A DNA stretch of 64,000 nucleotides from Penicillus capitatus (taxonomy: Eukaryota > Plantae > Chlorophyta), in contig OZ287705.1 in assembly GCA_965649825.1 (NCBI GenBank), positions 768,314-832,313 of the forward strand, written 5' to 3'. Position numbers and translations under genes: made by a program. Below the pieces are notes generated by a model. It was not told the origin of the DNA, did no database searches, and saw nothing but the letters and a program-made list of their open reading frames with translations. Of the stretch, positions 46,799 to 59,536 are shown piece by piece; position 1 is the first letter of the stretch, and each line of letters starts with the position of its first letter.

Positions 46799-49700
46799 AT
46801 GCTGGTCTATATGTCTGGTCTGTTTGGCTCTGCTCTGAGTTTCTTTACGGGCATCCTGGTTGGCGTTGTCATCAGTGTGAGCCTCCTTGTACGACCCTTC
46901 GACTTATCTCAGTCATAAGACGGCATGTGATGGACTGGTGCAGGTGGTCGCTGTGTTTGTGTTGACGAAACGCATGACAAAGGACGAGGTCTTCTCCGGA
47001 GTCAATGCCTTGGGAGATGAAAAAAGAGATTCAGACTCAACAGACGTGCATAAAAACATACCACATCCAAATATTATGCGAAAAGGTCGCTTTGCATCGT
47101 ACGTCTGGATTGTTTCTGCTGATCAATGGGATATTACAAAGCCGATTCACAAGTTTCCTCCCATCAGCTGTGGAACGGGGGAGTGGAAAGGTAGGTCTCT
47201 AAGACACGTGTCCTCTTGTTGCCGTGAGATCGGGCGGGTCTGTCGCTGTCGTCGGCAGATCTCGAAGGGTTCTGCGCTGAGGTGAAAGATGGAGTTCTCA
47301 GCTTTTCTTGTCCAGACCAGCAGCAGCGTCGACAAGTGTTGAAAATAGAATTGGAGGGATGCACGTGTCGTATAGTCAGAGAATCGCTCGGTGCTAAACA
47401 AATGTGGTGGCGAAAGGCGCCTTTGGAGATTTCCCACCCGACGAGGATTCTCTACCAGGGAGGAAAGAAGCTCTTAATGTTTTGTAGGCATGGAGCAGAC
47501 AAAGAACAATGGTTCATCAGTCTGTCCAGATTTACAGAACAAGGAAATTCAGTCCAGGTCATCCAACATCTCTATAAGATGTTTTCAAAGCGCTGTCGGC
47601 GCAAGATGAAGATAAAATTCCCAGGAACTCCGGCTTCCTACACGAAGCATGCATTGTGGAGAGAACGGGTGAGACATGTGAGGATGCGGATTGATGTCTG
47701 TGTGTGAGTGAGGGGTTGTGTCTCTTAAGGTCTCGACAGCAGAGCGAAACACCTGGTTTACTTCATGGAGGCGTGGAAATGGCTCCAGGATGCCGAATAG
47801 TTTTCTAGACGCTTCTCAGACACGGCCACAACCAGTTGAATTAGCGGAAGAGATTGAGCAGCTGTGGAATGGAAGGAAATCGCATACTGCTTTCCGAGAA
47901 GACGCCTCGAGGCGACAGATACGTTTGCCCAATATGCGAAATGGCAAGAATATCAAGAAGATGATGCCACAAGCCATCTCTCCTACCACCATAGAAAAAC
48001 CTGAAGAGCATACCACTCAACTGCATTCCACACCAGTACCGACTGCATCCGAGAGAAGCGGTGCGCCTCTATCTGTGCTTCCCTTCGTGTTCCTGATGGT
48101 TGTGTGCAAATGAATGGCAGAGATTTCTCCCTCCGTTCAGCAAGAGAACCGTGATCCGTCTTCTCTTGATATCCAACCTAGTAGCAGATCAGGTTCCGAC
48201 ACTGTTACACCTGCCTCCAGCCTTTCTGACACGAAACAAGAAGTGCCAGAACACAAAACCCCCGAAGCATCCGTTGCAGAAGGTGTTTATGGTTTGAACA
48301 TGTTCTTGGCACGATGGGCATTTGACTTGGTGCGCAATCCCGGATTTGAAGAGATTTTTCGGAAACAAATCATAAAACGGCTCGGAGGACTAAGACGCCC
48401 AGACTACTTGACGCCTCTGAAGCTTTGCACATTGGACATGGGTGCCAATTTCCCTCAGATCCGATCCTTGCGTTCGCTTCCTCCGAGGGGAAGCGTGATA
48501 TGTCCGGAGTTGCTCGTGGATGTCTCCTACGAAGGCGGACTGGAAATGACAGTCGAGACATTTCTCGATTTGCGAGAAGGCACTGCTTGGGGACGACTGG
48601 ATCGTGCATTATCAAACTGGCAGAAAGATCCAACCGAGAACAGAATGCAAGATGACAGAGCAGATCTGCTCAGTGACATGGGTGCAGACATGTCAGAAGA
48701 CATCAGCGATGCCGGTATCGTGACAGGAGATGTCGATACGCGAGATCCACCAAATGAGGCCCGCAGAGAGAGACAGGCCGGAGGATTTTCTGTACGCAAA
48801 TTCGCGGCAACAAAAGCCAAACAGTTGGCAGAACGAATGGCCGATTCTATTTCTAAGATCCCACTGCGCCTTTCCGTGAAGGTACTGAAGTTGGAGGGTA
48901 CAATGCTGTTGTGGATCTCCCCTCCACCTTCCAAGAGACTGTGGCTCTCTTTCTTGCAGGAACCGAATGTCGAAATCACTGCCAAACCCATTTTGGCAAA
49001 CAGAGTAATGAATTACTCAGCAGCCATCGGCCGAGTGTCGTCATGGCTGCAGCGTAAAATGAAGCAGTCCTTCTTCAGCAACCTTGTTTTTCCAAATTGC
49101 ACAGACATGTCTTTTCCTTGTCTCCTGGGACTAACTGACGATAATGGTCTACGACATCCGACTCGGACAGTGATGAATGACCTCACGTATGTCTCCGAGA
49201 GTGAATCAGAGCCTTCAGATTCCGAACTTCAATCGACGCCACCTCCCCAATCCACTTCATCGACAACAATACCATCATCGACTCCCAATTCCGTTCCTTA
49301 CGCAGATTCCCCACCGTCCATTCCATCACATGAAAACTTCAAAACAAGACATGGTCCGCAGCCAACAGCTCTGAATGCTGTACGTGAGCTGGAGCTGCCC
49401 AGAGATATTCGTCTGGACAGCATTCGTCGTCATCGTTATGACACCCATCGACTGAATTCCTTGCGAAAGGGATGGGTCGATGATCAGATTCCCTCCAGAC
49501 AGAGTCATGGCCGAAGGATCTTCAAAAGATATGAATCTCTGAGCGATGGAGATATCTCTTCGAGCGACTCAGAGGAAGAAGAAGATTGCGTCATGTCTGA
49601 TTGCATCGAGTTCTTCGATGCCGAAAGCACAACACCATCGAGTATGACGAAATCATCTGTGGATGAGGACTGCCTGCCATGTGTCACCCACCGACCCACA

Positions 49701-50117
49701 CCCGTTCAAGAAGAGATCCGATCGCAAGAAATCAAATGGCCAACTTCTTTGCCAACGACACGATCGGTGGCCCAGCAACACAACTCGATGCAAGAAGGGA
49801 CATTGCCGGGAAGAGCAACGACACGCCGTCTCGGTGCTCGACTTGGAGATTTTGTTCAGTCTATATCTGTGGAGATTGAAGCAGCTAGTAAGAGACGTTC
49901 AGCGATGCAAAATGGCAGTTCCGTTGGCAATAATGTGAATACCTCAGAGAAATCGAGAACGGGTGTACGAAGGCAAAAATTGAAAAACGCTTTCGGAAAC
50001 GGAACTGCTCAGCTAAAGACCGCTGGATTGTCCAAGTTGTGGGGACATCGACGAAATTCGCAGACCGAAGAGAATAACAACTACCAACAACAGCAACAGC
50101 AACAACCACTCTCATGA
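46799..50117 (+). CDS. TEX2: TEX2/Nvj2-like membrane-contact-site protein (TM, PH-like, SMP domains), multi-exon
   Basis: N-terminal TM FFTGILVGVVIS. PH-like ..KEQWFISL. SMP GLNMFLARWAFD..KRLGGLRRPDYL..LDMG..VSYEGG. LWLSFLQEP. Confidence 0.8.
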
Positions 50118-50245
50118 CAGTTGTATCTTCCAATATTCCATGCCACGCTACTTATGTTGAAAGAACGACCTTTCCATTGTACATTGGCTACCTTTGTCAT
50201 AAGAGGCATCTGACTTCCTGAATGATGTGACAGGCGCATCTCGCG

Positions 50246-53200
50246 ATGGATTTCTTTCCCGACGAACTGAAAGCGAATCCTATACCGCCCATCTTGATCA
50301 CTGGATGTCCTGGACTTCATCAGCAGCTCGAAACATTCTTTACTAAGACGCTGAGACCAGCACTGCGAGTGCTCAGACAGACCGAAGAGACAACGATACT
50401 TGACGACCTCTATCGTTCTCACTCTTTCAGAACTCGCACATTGACTGAAGGTGTATACTGTAGACGAGTCATCTACACCAGAAGACTCAGAGGACGATGC
50501 ATCTCAAGGCATGCTGAATGTACATGGTGTTTTTACAGTCGTCTTGCAAGGAGTGTGATGTGACGTGTCTGAAGGTTACCTGGATGCGAGAGGTCCTGAT
50601 GGCTCGTCCTGTTGTGATTGCTGTCTTCATTCCAAGGCAATAACACACAGGCATTTCATCCAGGACGATGTATGATGTCTGTTGGGCGGTGTAGGGCGGA
50701 TGTGGACACAGATCCGCAGAGATGGTCCAACTTGTTGCTGCGATTACAGACGGTCAAAGAATGCTGTGAACTACATCATGCACGTTTCGTGGTAGTGGTT
50801 GTGTGTGACGAGCTGAAAGATCTGCCAGCAGATGTGATTTCGACATTCAAGACGCGTTTTGACTTGGATGACCGATCGATCTCTTCGCTGTTGGCCATCA
50901 ACGTAGATCCAAATGATCCGTCCATTGTTCAATTGGCCAACAACGAGTTGAAATCCATCGGACACATGATTCTTGAAAATGCCTGGGCTGTGCATCAACA
51001 CCATGCACAACGCATTTTGCTAGAATCATCTCAAAGATCACATACATCCCAGCAGCGCAATGTGCTGGACTGCTGCAAGGTGAAGCGTCATGGCTCTTCT
51101 GTGCTGGGAATGCATGTATGGTGTCTCTAGTTGGGGTTTTTGGCGGAATGTCAGCAAGAATGGTCATCTGCTGTGCATCAGTACAATATGGCATATCGTC
51201 ATCTGTCGGAACTGCTTCGCACAGAAGAGTTCAAAGTGAAGATGCATGGATCGTCATTCTTCTGAGATGAGTTGTCATGATGTGACAGAACGCGATGCTT
51301 CTTGAAGCCCTGTATGTATCGGAGTTTGTCTCGATGAAGATCTGTTACTTGTTAATGCATCAGCAGAAATCAGAAGAGGCCTGGAAGCAATTCCACTTGC
51401 ATCTGTCAAAATTCCGAATCCCGACAGGTTAGCATTCTAATACCAGGATTGATTGAATGCACTGTAAGTGGTGGTCTGGTAGGGGCGTTGAGAATGGGTC
51501 TACATGCCTTCTTTCTTGGCTGGTTGTCGCGACAGTACGAGATCATGTTAGATATTGTGAACCAGAGAACTGGAACGCACCAAAGCCTCCTCTCTGTCTC
51601 CATCGTCTCTCGACGGCATCTAGCCAATCTCTATTACTACACAGCCGAAGCCGCTTTGCTGGAGAGACGCCATGTTTCGGCAGCATTGGCAGATCTGGGT
51701 TCGAACAAGATGCCTGTGTACGACTTCGTGGTTCCTTCACGCTTTTGGGGTCGATTCCAGCTCAAGTCGGATGACGAATTAGAACCGGTTCCAGCGAACG
51801 TTTTGGATGAGTATCTCTTGGCTGTCGAGTCCAACAAGTCCCTTCAGCAACGCAGTATCTCTCTGCTGCAAACATGTCTATCACATTTGAAGCAATCAAG
51901 AGTCGTCAGAAGATCGGCTCATGTCTCAACATTGCTGGCAGAAGAACAACTGGCTTCTGGAGAAGTGCATGCAGCACGTGAGAACCTGCTCAATGTGGCA
52001 GATGTCTATCGACGGTATCGAATTCGATTTGGGCAGCCAACATGAACGCACGTTTGTGAAGGGATGGATGGAACTTCCCTCTTTCGTCTGCATTGAGACT
52101 GTTGATAGAGATCTCTTCAGAATCATATTGGGAAAAGGCAATCTACTCTTTGGAGTTGGCAACATTGGAAGATGTTGCAGGCATTGCCAGGCGTAGTGAA
52201 CTTGCTCAATCTGGTGTCGACAGTCTCACTGCTAAACGTACAGGCAAGCATTAACTGCTTGATGGCTCGTGACTGTCGTTCTCCCTCTGTAGAATCCAAC
52301 CAATCTAAGCTATGGGAAGCGGAGGCAAGTGAAACAGAACTGCCGCCAAGAAGAGCTAACGTGAAGGGCGATTTCAGAGACATCGGATGGAGTTCCATCA
52401 TTGAAGTGCTCTGTGGTTTCCAACCGGACCACGATCTGAACAGCAATGTCCACTTCGGAGTCGCCCTCAAGAACAATCTTCCCATTCCTTTACCAATCTT
52501 TGCTGTCTCTGTGCATTTCTTGGAGCACAAAGGACAAAGCAGAGTGATCCAGTTCGACGATGCACAGTCCATCCATCTCAAGACTGGTCAATGGAAAGAA
52601 TTCATGACGGCATTTGTCCCGACGATCCACGGAGAAATGCGTGTGGAGTACATTGAAATCCGATTCGCTCCTCAGTCTTCACTCAGCTGGCATCCACGTC
52701 TGTCTGGCAAAGCTAAGATGTGCGAACAAGTGATGGAAATAGATCACATTGAGCATCTTCCGTTCAAAGACTCCATTGTCTCTCCTGGACTTCATTCCAT
52801 TCGCATCAAGCACGTGGGTGTATCACCATCTCTCTTGGTAGAAACACCCTGTCACTGCAAAATGGATGAGATCTTTGGTTTCTAGATTCAAGGTCCACAG
52901 ACGCTCTATCTGGGAGAAAGTATCTTCATTTCGGTCGAGGTTTCCTGCGAAGCTGCGTTCGAAGGAGAGTCTCTCAGATTGGATCTGAGTTGTGATAATT
53001 CAATGGGCAATCCTCAGTGGATAGAAAACACATCGTCGGTGATGGAGATGAAGGATATCCATCTCACAGCAGCAACGGATCAGTGGAGACAGCAGCACCA
53101 AGTCTCTGTATGTTCATTCGGATTGGTGTCTGTCCGTGCCACTCTGAAATTGAACTCAGAAGCGGCCATCAGTCAGTGTCTGTCGTTTGAAGTGAAAGAG

Positions 53201-54095
53201 CCTTTCTTTGTTGAGAGTCGAGTGCTCTCTCTTCCTGCCACATGTCTCTTCCTGCCATCTCCTCAACAAGACGTAACACCAAATCCGCTAATGCCACATC
53301 AATCAAACACAAAGGTCGCTCCTCCCACCAATGTCATTTGCATTCCTGAGGGTCCAGATACCTACGTCCATGTTGCCGTCAAGTGCAAAGCAGAGTGTCA
53401 ACTCATTTTGACGGACGTTGCCTATGTGTCAGAAGAAAACGTGCCTCTAAAGGCAAGGCACTGTTTTTATGGCTATTCAGTCGGACATTCAGTTGTTTCA
53501 GATCCATCGGATTTCTGGTAAAGCGGAAGATGTTGCTGTCTGCAGAGGTGATGTGCAGTCCATGATTTTCAGAATCGAGCAGAAAGACAAGCTGCCACGA
53601 CCGTGCACTTCAAATCTTGTGCTTCAGTGGAGAAGAAAAGAACGGATGCCATTGCAGCAGATCAGCAGCAGTTTGCTGGAAGAAGGAAAGACAAGAGAGG
53701 TGACAGAGAACGGGGAGACAAGCACAGCAGAGACCACCTGTCGCTTGCACGATCTTGTCACACAGAAGCCATTGCTCAGCGTTTGCTGCCAACCTCCAAG
53801 CGTCGTAGAGACGGGGGTCGCCTTTGCTTACTCGATCAGTGTCCGCAATGAAACCACATTGCCGGAGGAATTTGAAATTACGGCGAATGAATCGCCTGGA
53901 TGTCTGTTCTGTGGAGATCGCACCCAGCAGCTGATGATTGCTCCCTTAAATCAACGTCAGTTGAAGTGGGAATGTGTCACCTATGCTTCGGGCAACGTGA
54001 AAGTGCCGAAGATTCTGATCTCTGCTCCTCGTTTGCAATGTTTTGTCGAGGCTGGAGGGATGGAGATCTTCGTGCGTCCACGACCACTTACATAG
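50246..54095 (+). CDS. TRAPPC11: Trafficking protein particle complex subunit 11 (Foie-gras and Gryzun domains), multi-exon
   Basis: MDFFPDEL..P N-terminus, FFLGWLSRQYEIM, YYYTAEAAL, C-terminal Ig-like ..IFVRP. Confidence 0.85.
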
Positions 54096-54149
54096 ATACT
54101 GGCAGGCTGGTATTGTATTGTTGCCTGTTTAGCTGATTTGGTTTATTAA

Positions 54150-55450
54150 GTGGACTAGATCAGCGAAAATGACACAATCTTGCAACGATCCAGTGCAAAG
54201 CATTCAATCAGAAGGATCTTCTTTGATAGAATATGCTCTGTCAGTTGCCAAGGAAGGCAGCCGGCAGACTGGTAACAGCTTCCACGTCAAAAGCAGATCT
54301 AGCCGTACTCATCGGGCGATGATGACGGCACGGGTGAGAGAGAATTTCAACCAGCTGTCGCATGAAGAGGTACTCGCCAACATTGTCAACGGTAGTTTCG
54401 TCATCGAATCCTTTGAAATCTGCGCTCTCTCTCCTCTTCAAGCGACAGAAAACGAAAAGACTATTCTCTCCTGAAGAAAATCAGCTGACCGTTCTGAAGG
54501 ATTCGAGAGTAATGATTCACATCTTGTTCTTTCTTCTCTCGGTTGCAGCACAGAGATTTCATATTGCTCTTTCGACGGGCTCTTTGTAGGATCCTTCGAG
54601 ACTGGACACTGAGGTTGCCTTCAGATGTGTACAGGTTCTTCCTTTACCAAACTCGCTGTTACAGTCAAACCCGTAACTCTTGACAGCAGAGAGCAGACTG
54701 TCGGATCATAATACTTGTCAATGAACAGATGACTTTGCAGCGGGAAGACAACACAAATCCATCAGTATTCCCGTCAGGATGAATGTTTGCTTTGTCGTTC
54801 AAGAGATCCTCGTGCGAATCGGAATTGGAGCACAAAACAGTACATGAGTACTTAAACAAAACCGTCCTTACGCATGTCGAGCCGTCAGTGTACAAGTGTG
54901 GTGATTACGAACGACAAAGACACGAGAACAAGTGGAGAATGACAACATCTCTTTTAATAGTGTCACATGTGTCGACAAGTGTCATCTGTCGCACGCCTAT
55001 CAGTTTGGATGACAGAGTGGACGCCTAATTGAGAAAAAGATGTTTTGAGAGCACTTCGAAGAGGTGACCTTGCAGAATGGCATCCTCGATCCAATTAACT
55101 TTTGTTTCAAATGCATAGAACTTTTTACTGCTGTTAAACTTGATGCGACCCTTAAAGAATATCATCTGACTTGAGACTATCTAATCTACCGTAATCTGGT
55201 CCATTTCGTCGTTCTTCGGAAAAAGACATCTCATGCATCCGCTGATGTTATGAATCAATGATGGTAAGGGGTCGATTACAAGAAAACATCGTGTCCTTCC
55301 TTTCTTATGTACACGTTGAAGCAGCATGGATATCTTTTTCGAAGCACATCGTCGGAGTCTCTTGTGCCCAGTCGCATTCGTTTGATGTTCGAAAACGATT
55401 ATGTTAAAGAATTGACTCCATTTCGGGAGAAATTGCAGAAGATCGCTATT
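54150..55450. other. Probable intron-split hypothetical gene; strand and structure unresolved
   Basis: Short protein-like frames and plausible GT-AG introns on both strands. No family recognised. Confidence 0.25.
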
Positions 55451-55476
55451 CGTGTTTGCTTTCGCGGTCGCACAAA

Positions 55477-55882
55477 ATGCAGACTCAGTTTCTTATCGCC
55501 AAGCCCACAGGTCAACAGATGTCTCGACTACCGACGAGACGTTTACCTCTGGCACGCGCCGAGCCTGCTGTCATCAATCCTTCCATCGACAAGGAATCAA
55601 AGAAGGTCGTGACGACGATCAATGTTGCGGAATTAGACAAAAAGGTCACTGCAACAAAACTCCAGACAACAAACACTGTTCTCAATTCCGCTGTTCTCTT
55701 CCTTCAGGGAGTCTTCTGTCGCTGTTGGAGATCTGGCACAGTAAACTACTATTCCTGTCCTAACCATCGATTTGATGGAATGAATGTGTTTCTAGTTTCC
55801 AAACTGCGACGGAACGCATGCGAAGCATAACAAGGAAACGGGAGACAACGTTGGGCCCCTGATTGTGAACAAGTCTAGCTGA
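55477..55882 (+). CDS. NEET: Plastid NEET (CDGSH 2Fe-2S) protein, three exons (introns 55645-55707, 55741-55795)
   Basis: INPSIDKESKKVV, GVFCRCWRSGT|FPNCDGTHAKHNKETGDNVGPLIV. Confidence 0.95.
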
Positions 55883-56011
55883 TTAAGCACCCATTGGTGC
55901 AACCCATTTTTTGCATGGGCGAATGTGTTTGTCAAACACCCGCCATGTAATTAATCCCTTTTTGTGGCTGACCCAATTCAGACGTGATGAGCGGTGGTGG
56001 AAAAAGCTTTG

Positions 56012-57985
56012 TCATGCACCGAGAATTTTCTTCTTGGCGAGTTCGGCAATGTATTTATCCGGCACCCCGCTGTTCTTGAGTTCTTGGATCTTACGTTCCT
56101 TGATGTCCTCCAGTTTCTTTCTTTCGGCCTCCCGCTTCTGGCGAAGCTTTCTGCTTTCTTCTATGACATCTTGTCTCTTCTTCGCGCGCGTTGCCTCGTT
56201 ACGATCAACCTGCTCCAGAAGCTCGTTCTTATATCGAATGCTTGCTTCCTTCACAGATTTTTCCTGTAGCATTGAATGTCAAGTGCGCCTGGTGGAGGCG
56301 AAGAGGAGGCTGACCTGGTTTGCTTCTTCGGCCGCTCGCATTTTGCTCACTTCAAGCACTCTGTAGAACTCTTGCTGCTCCATCCGCGCCATCTCACCCA
56401 ATTGGCGAATCTTTGCTGCTTTTTGCGATTCCCTGGCCCTTGCTAACTCAGTCAGTGTCTTCTCCTTTTGTCGTTTCGTCGCAAGTTCCCTTTCTCTCCA
56501 CTCTTTCTCCTTCTCTTCCTGATATCGACGCGCTCGAAGCTCATCGAGTTCTGCCTGTTTATCCGCCATCTTTTCTTGTTGCGCACGCAATCGCGCCGTC
56601 TCCAGTTCTTTTTCTTTCGCCATGCGTTCTTTCATGAGCGTCTCTTTCTACATACCATCCATGTCGTCTGACAGGGAATCAGTGGCTACCTGTTCTCTCG
56701 CATCGCGCTGTCGGATGTACTCAAGGATTCTCTGTTCTTCTTCTTTTTCTTGGAGTTTCGCCTCGTCTTTTCGGCTAATCTGCTCGCGATTGGCTTTTGC
56801 GACTTCTTGCATCATTTGATCTGCTGCTTGTTTCTTTCTCCGACGAGCCTCTTCGTCCTCTTCCTTGACAGTCTCGATTCTCTAAAGCATGAATCTGTGC
56901 CGAGGAAGCAGGGGATCGATTCAAAGTCGAAGGACTTTAAGCATCAACTCGTTTTCAGCTCGTTGTATCTCGGTCTCCCTTTGTCGTGTTTTCTTTCGCT
57001 CTTCCAACTGATGTTCGATAACACGGGCGCCTTCGTACCTACTCTCTACGATCCTTTTTTCCGCTTCCTATGGTTTCTCTCGTCCGAATCAACACGAAAC
57101 GCATAGAGACGCACTTCCGCTTCCCGTACTGCGCGTTGTCTATCGACTTCCATGACGTTGTCCAGTCGTCGTTCTTCTTCTTTCTCTTGTATTCGCATTT
57201 GTCTCTTCTCATCAACTTGTTTGTCGCGAATGGACACGCACTGAGCATACAGCACCATCTGATTCATTCGCTTGACATCGTCCAACTGCTCGTCCATCAA
57301 ATACCGCGCCCGTTGAGTTGTGGCTACACATCGACAACACCTATTATTCTCTATATCTCCGTACAGTAGTTATGTCTCGCACCCTTGTCTTGTTCTCCTT
57401 TGAGCACCTCCGTTTCCGACTCTTGATAATATTTCTTTCGCTCTTCGTCCATCTGTTGATGTTCATGTGTGTTGAACTCCGCTAACAATTGCTTAAGTAA
57501 CGGTGCACTTGTTGCATTCTTGTTCGTCTTTCGCGTGCGCGCATTCGAGATTCTTCAATTTTCTTTTCTTTTTCTTGTTTGAGAGCACGCTGTTCTTCAA
57601 AAGAGAGAATAGGAGACGGTCGCAGCATCTCCTTCAATGCATCGCTGCTGACGATGACGGCATTGTCGGAAATCTGTTTCTCTTTTCTCGTCGAACCCTG
57701 CGACGTCGAGTTTAACAAAGGCAGGTCGATGTATCAACAACCCACCTTTTCGCAGACCGTCTTGAACAGTGTTCGATCGACAAAGCTTGTCGAAGATTTC
57801 ACTTTATACCTGGCAAGGAGCATGGTGCACCCATCGCGTCGTTCGTGCGTGCACTTTGATGCGCTGCATTGCGATTTTTTGGATGCGTTGCTGGATCGCG
57901 ATGCAGGTGGATGACTGCACGTTGTCATTGTTCGAGATTGGCGACGACTGTTTGAATCTACAGACGCTTCATTCTGATAGGACAT
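56012..57985 (-). CDS. CFAP45: Cilia- and flagella-associated protein 45 (CCDC19/FAP45), multi-exon
   Basis: [65 protein letters not shown]-terminal [10 protein letters not shown]. Confidence 0.9.
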
Positions 57986-58036
57986 TCTCGAGGCAGACGA
58001 TTTTTCGTTAACATCGTCGGTCGTCCGTGTGGCGAA

Positions 58037-59000
58037 ATGAGCGACATCGCAGCGTCTTTGTTTACAACTCAGTATAGAAATGAACACATTGCGGGGAAGC
58101 CGCCGCACGACACGACGCATGGCACAGAAACTGGCTGCTGCTTCGACATGATGGAAGACAGCGAGGCTCGCGCCGGAGTAGATCCTGTCTTCAAGCCGCC
58201 TGAAGCCGAAACCCCAGAATGGTCTAGAGCCACAATGACTTTTCGTTACAAATCCGAAAAACCAAATCCAAAGAACTTTCTCAAGTGTCGTTCACCGAGG
58301 CAGAAAGAGCAACATGTCGATGATGAGCCCAAGCCTCCAAAATCCGATGCCTTTCGGCGTAGAGAGAATCCACCAAACACCGCATTCCGTCGATTCTACG
58401 ACCGTGGAGATATGCCCATTGCTGTCGACCACCGAGGCGTCAAGAATGGTTTGCTGTGGAAAGTGGAAGTGGCGAAACTGGATTATCATCATTATCTGCC
58501 CATTTTCTTTGACGGAGTCCGCGAGACGCAGGATCCTTATAGGTTCGCTCATTTTGTTTCGAGCCCTTTTCAGTTCACTGGCTCTCCGCAGCAGATTTCT
58601 AGCGGTTAAGGGATGTGAAGATATGCTGCGCGTCGGCGGTTCTAAGATCAGGCCTGTGATTCCTCAACTGATCATTCCGATCAAAACGGCACTTAATACA
58701 CGCGACGAACAAGTCGTATGTATCATGCTGCGTCTCCTGCAGAAACTCGTCACCAGCGGAGAGCAAGTTGGAGAATCGCTCGTTCCTTATTATCGCCAGA
58801 TTTTGCCGATTTTCAATCTTTACAAGAACCGGAACAAGAATCTTGGCGGTGACATCGATTACGGTCAACAGAATTGCTCGTGTCTAGGGGATTTGATCTC
58901 CGAGACGCTGACACTATTCGAGCAACAAGGGGGAGAGGATGCATTCATCAATATAAAGTACCTTGTTCCCACCTACGAATCATGCGTCAACTACACATGA
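58037..59000 (+). CDS. PACRG: Parkin co-regulated gene protein (axonemal inner junction), two exons (intron 58543-58594)
   Basis: [78 protein letters not shown]. Confidence 0.98.
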
Positions 59001-59536
59001 TGTTCGCTACTGTGTATCCTTTATAAGTCACAACATGGGAATGAAAGCCTGCCCAACCATTTTCCATGAACAGTCTCGTCTATCTTTGCACCATCATTGC
59101 TGGTTGATACAAAACGTATTATCATAAGGTTCAAGTCAAGAATTAGCCAGGTCGTTGTTCTCTTCAAGCGAAAATGAGGTCCCACGTCTCAGTGCGGAAG
59201 TCAAAAAAGCGATTGTCTATCTTTATAGGTGAGCTGACTGAAACAACATGTATTAAACCACTTATTGGCCGTACCAATGTCCCAAAATAATTAAATGTAT
59301 TTTATGAAGTGATGAGAACCTGCAGAGGCAATCAAGCATGATCGGATGTGATGCGATAAGAGATTGAAATCAGCCTCCCACTGAAAAAACTGCAAATCGG
59401 CAGCTTTGTCAATGCCCTGTAGCTACATCATAGACAGGGGAGGTTCTAGAAAACAGACCACCAACAGCGCATGACCTGAACCTTATTCCACTCCGCTTGT
59501 GCAAAAATCAAGACAGCGGCCGAAATGTCCAACACT

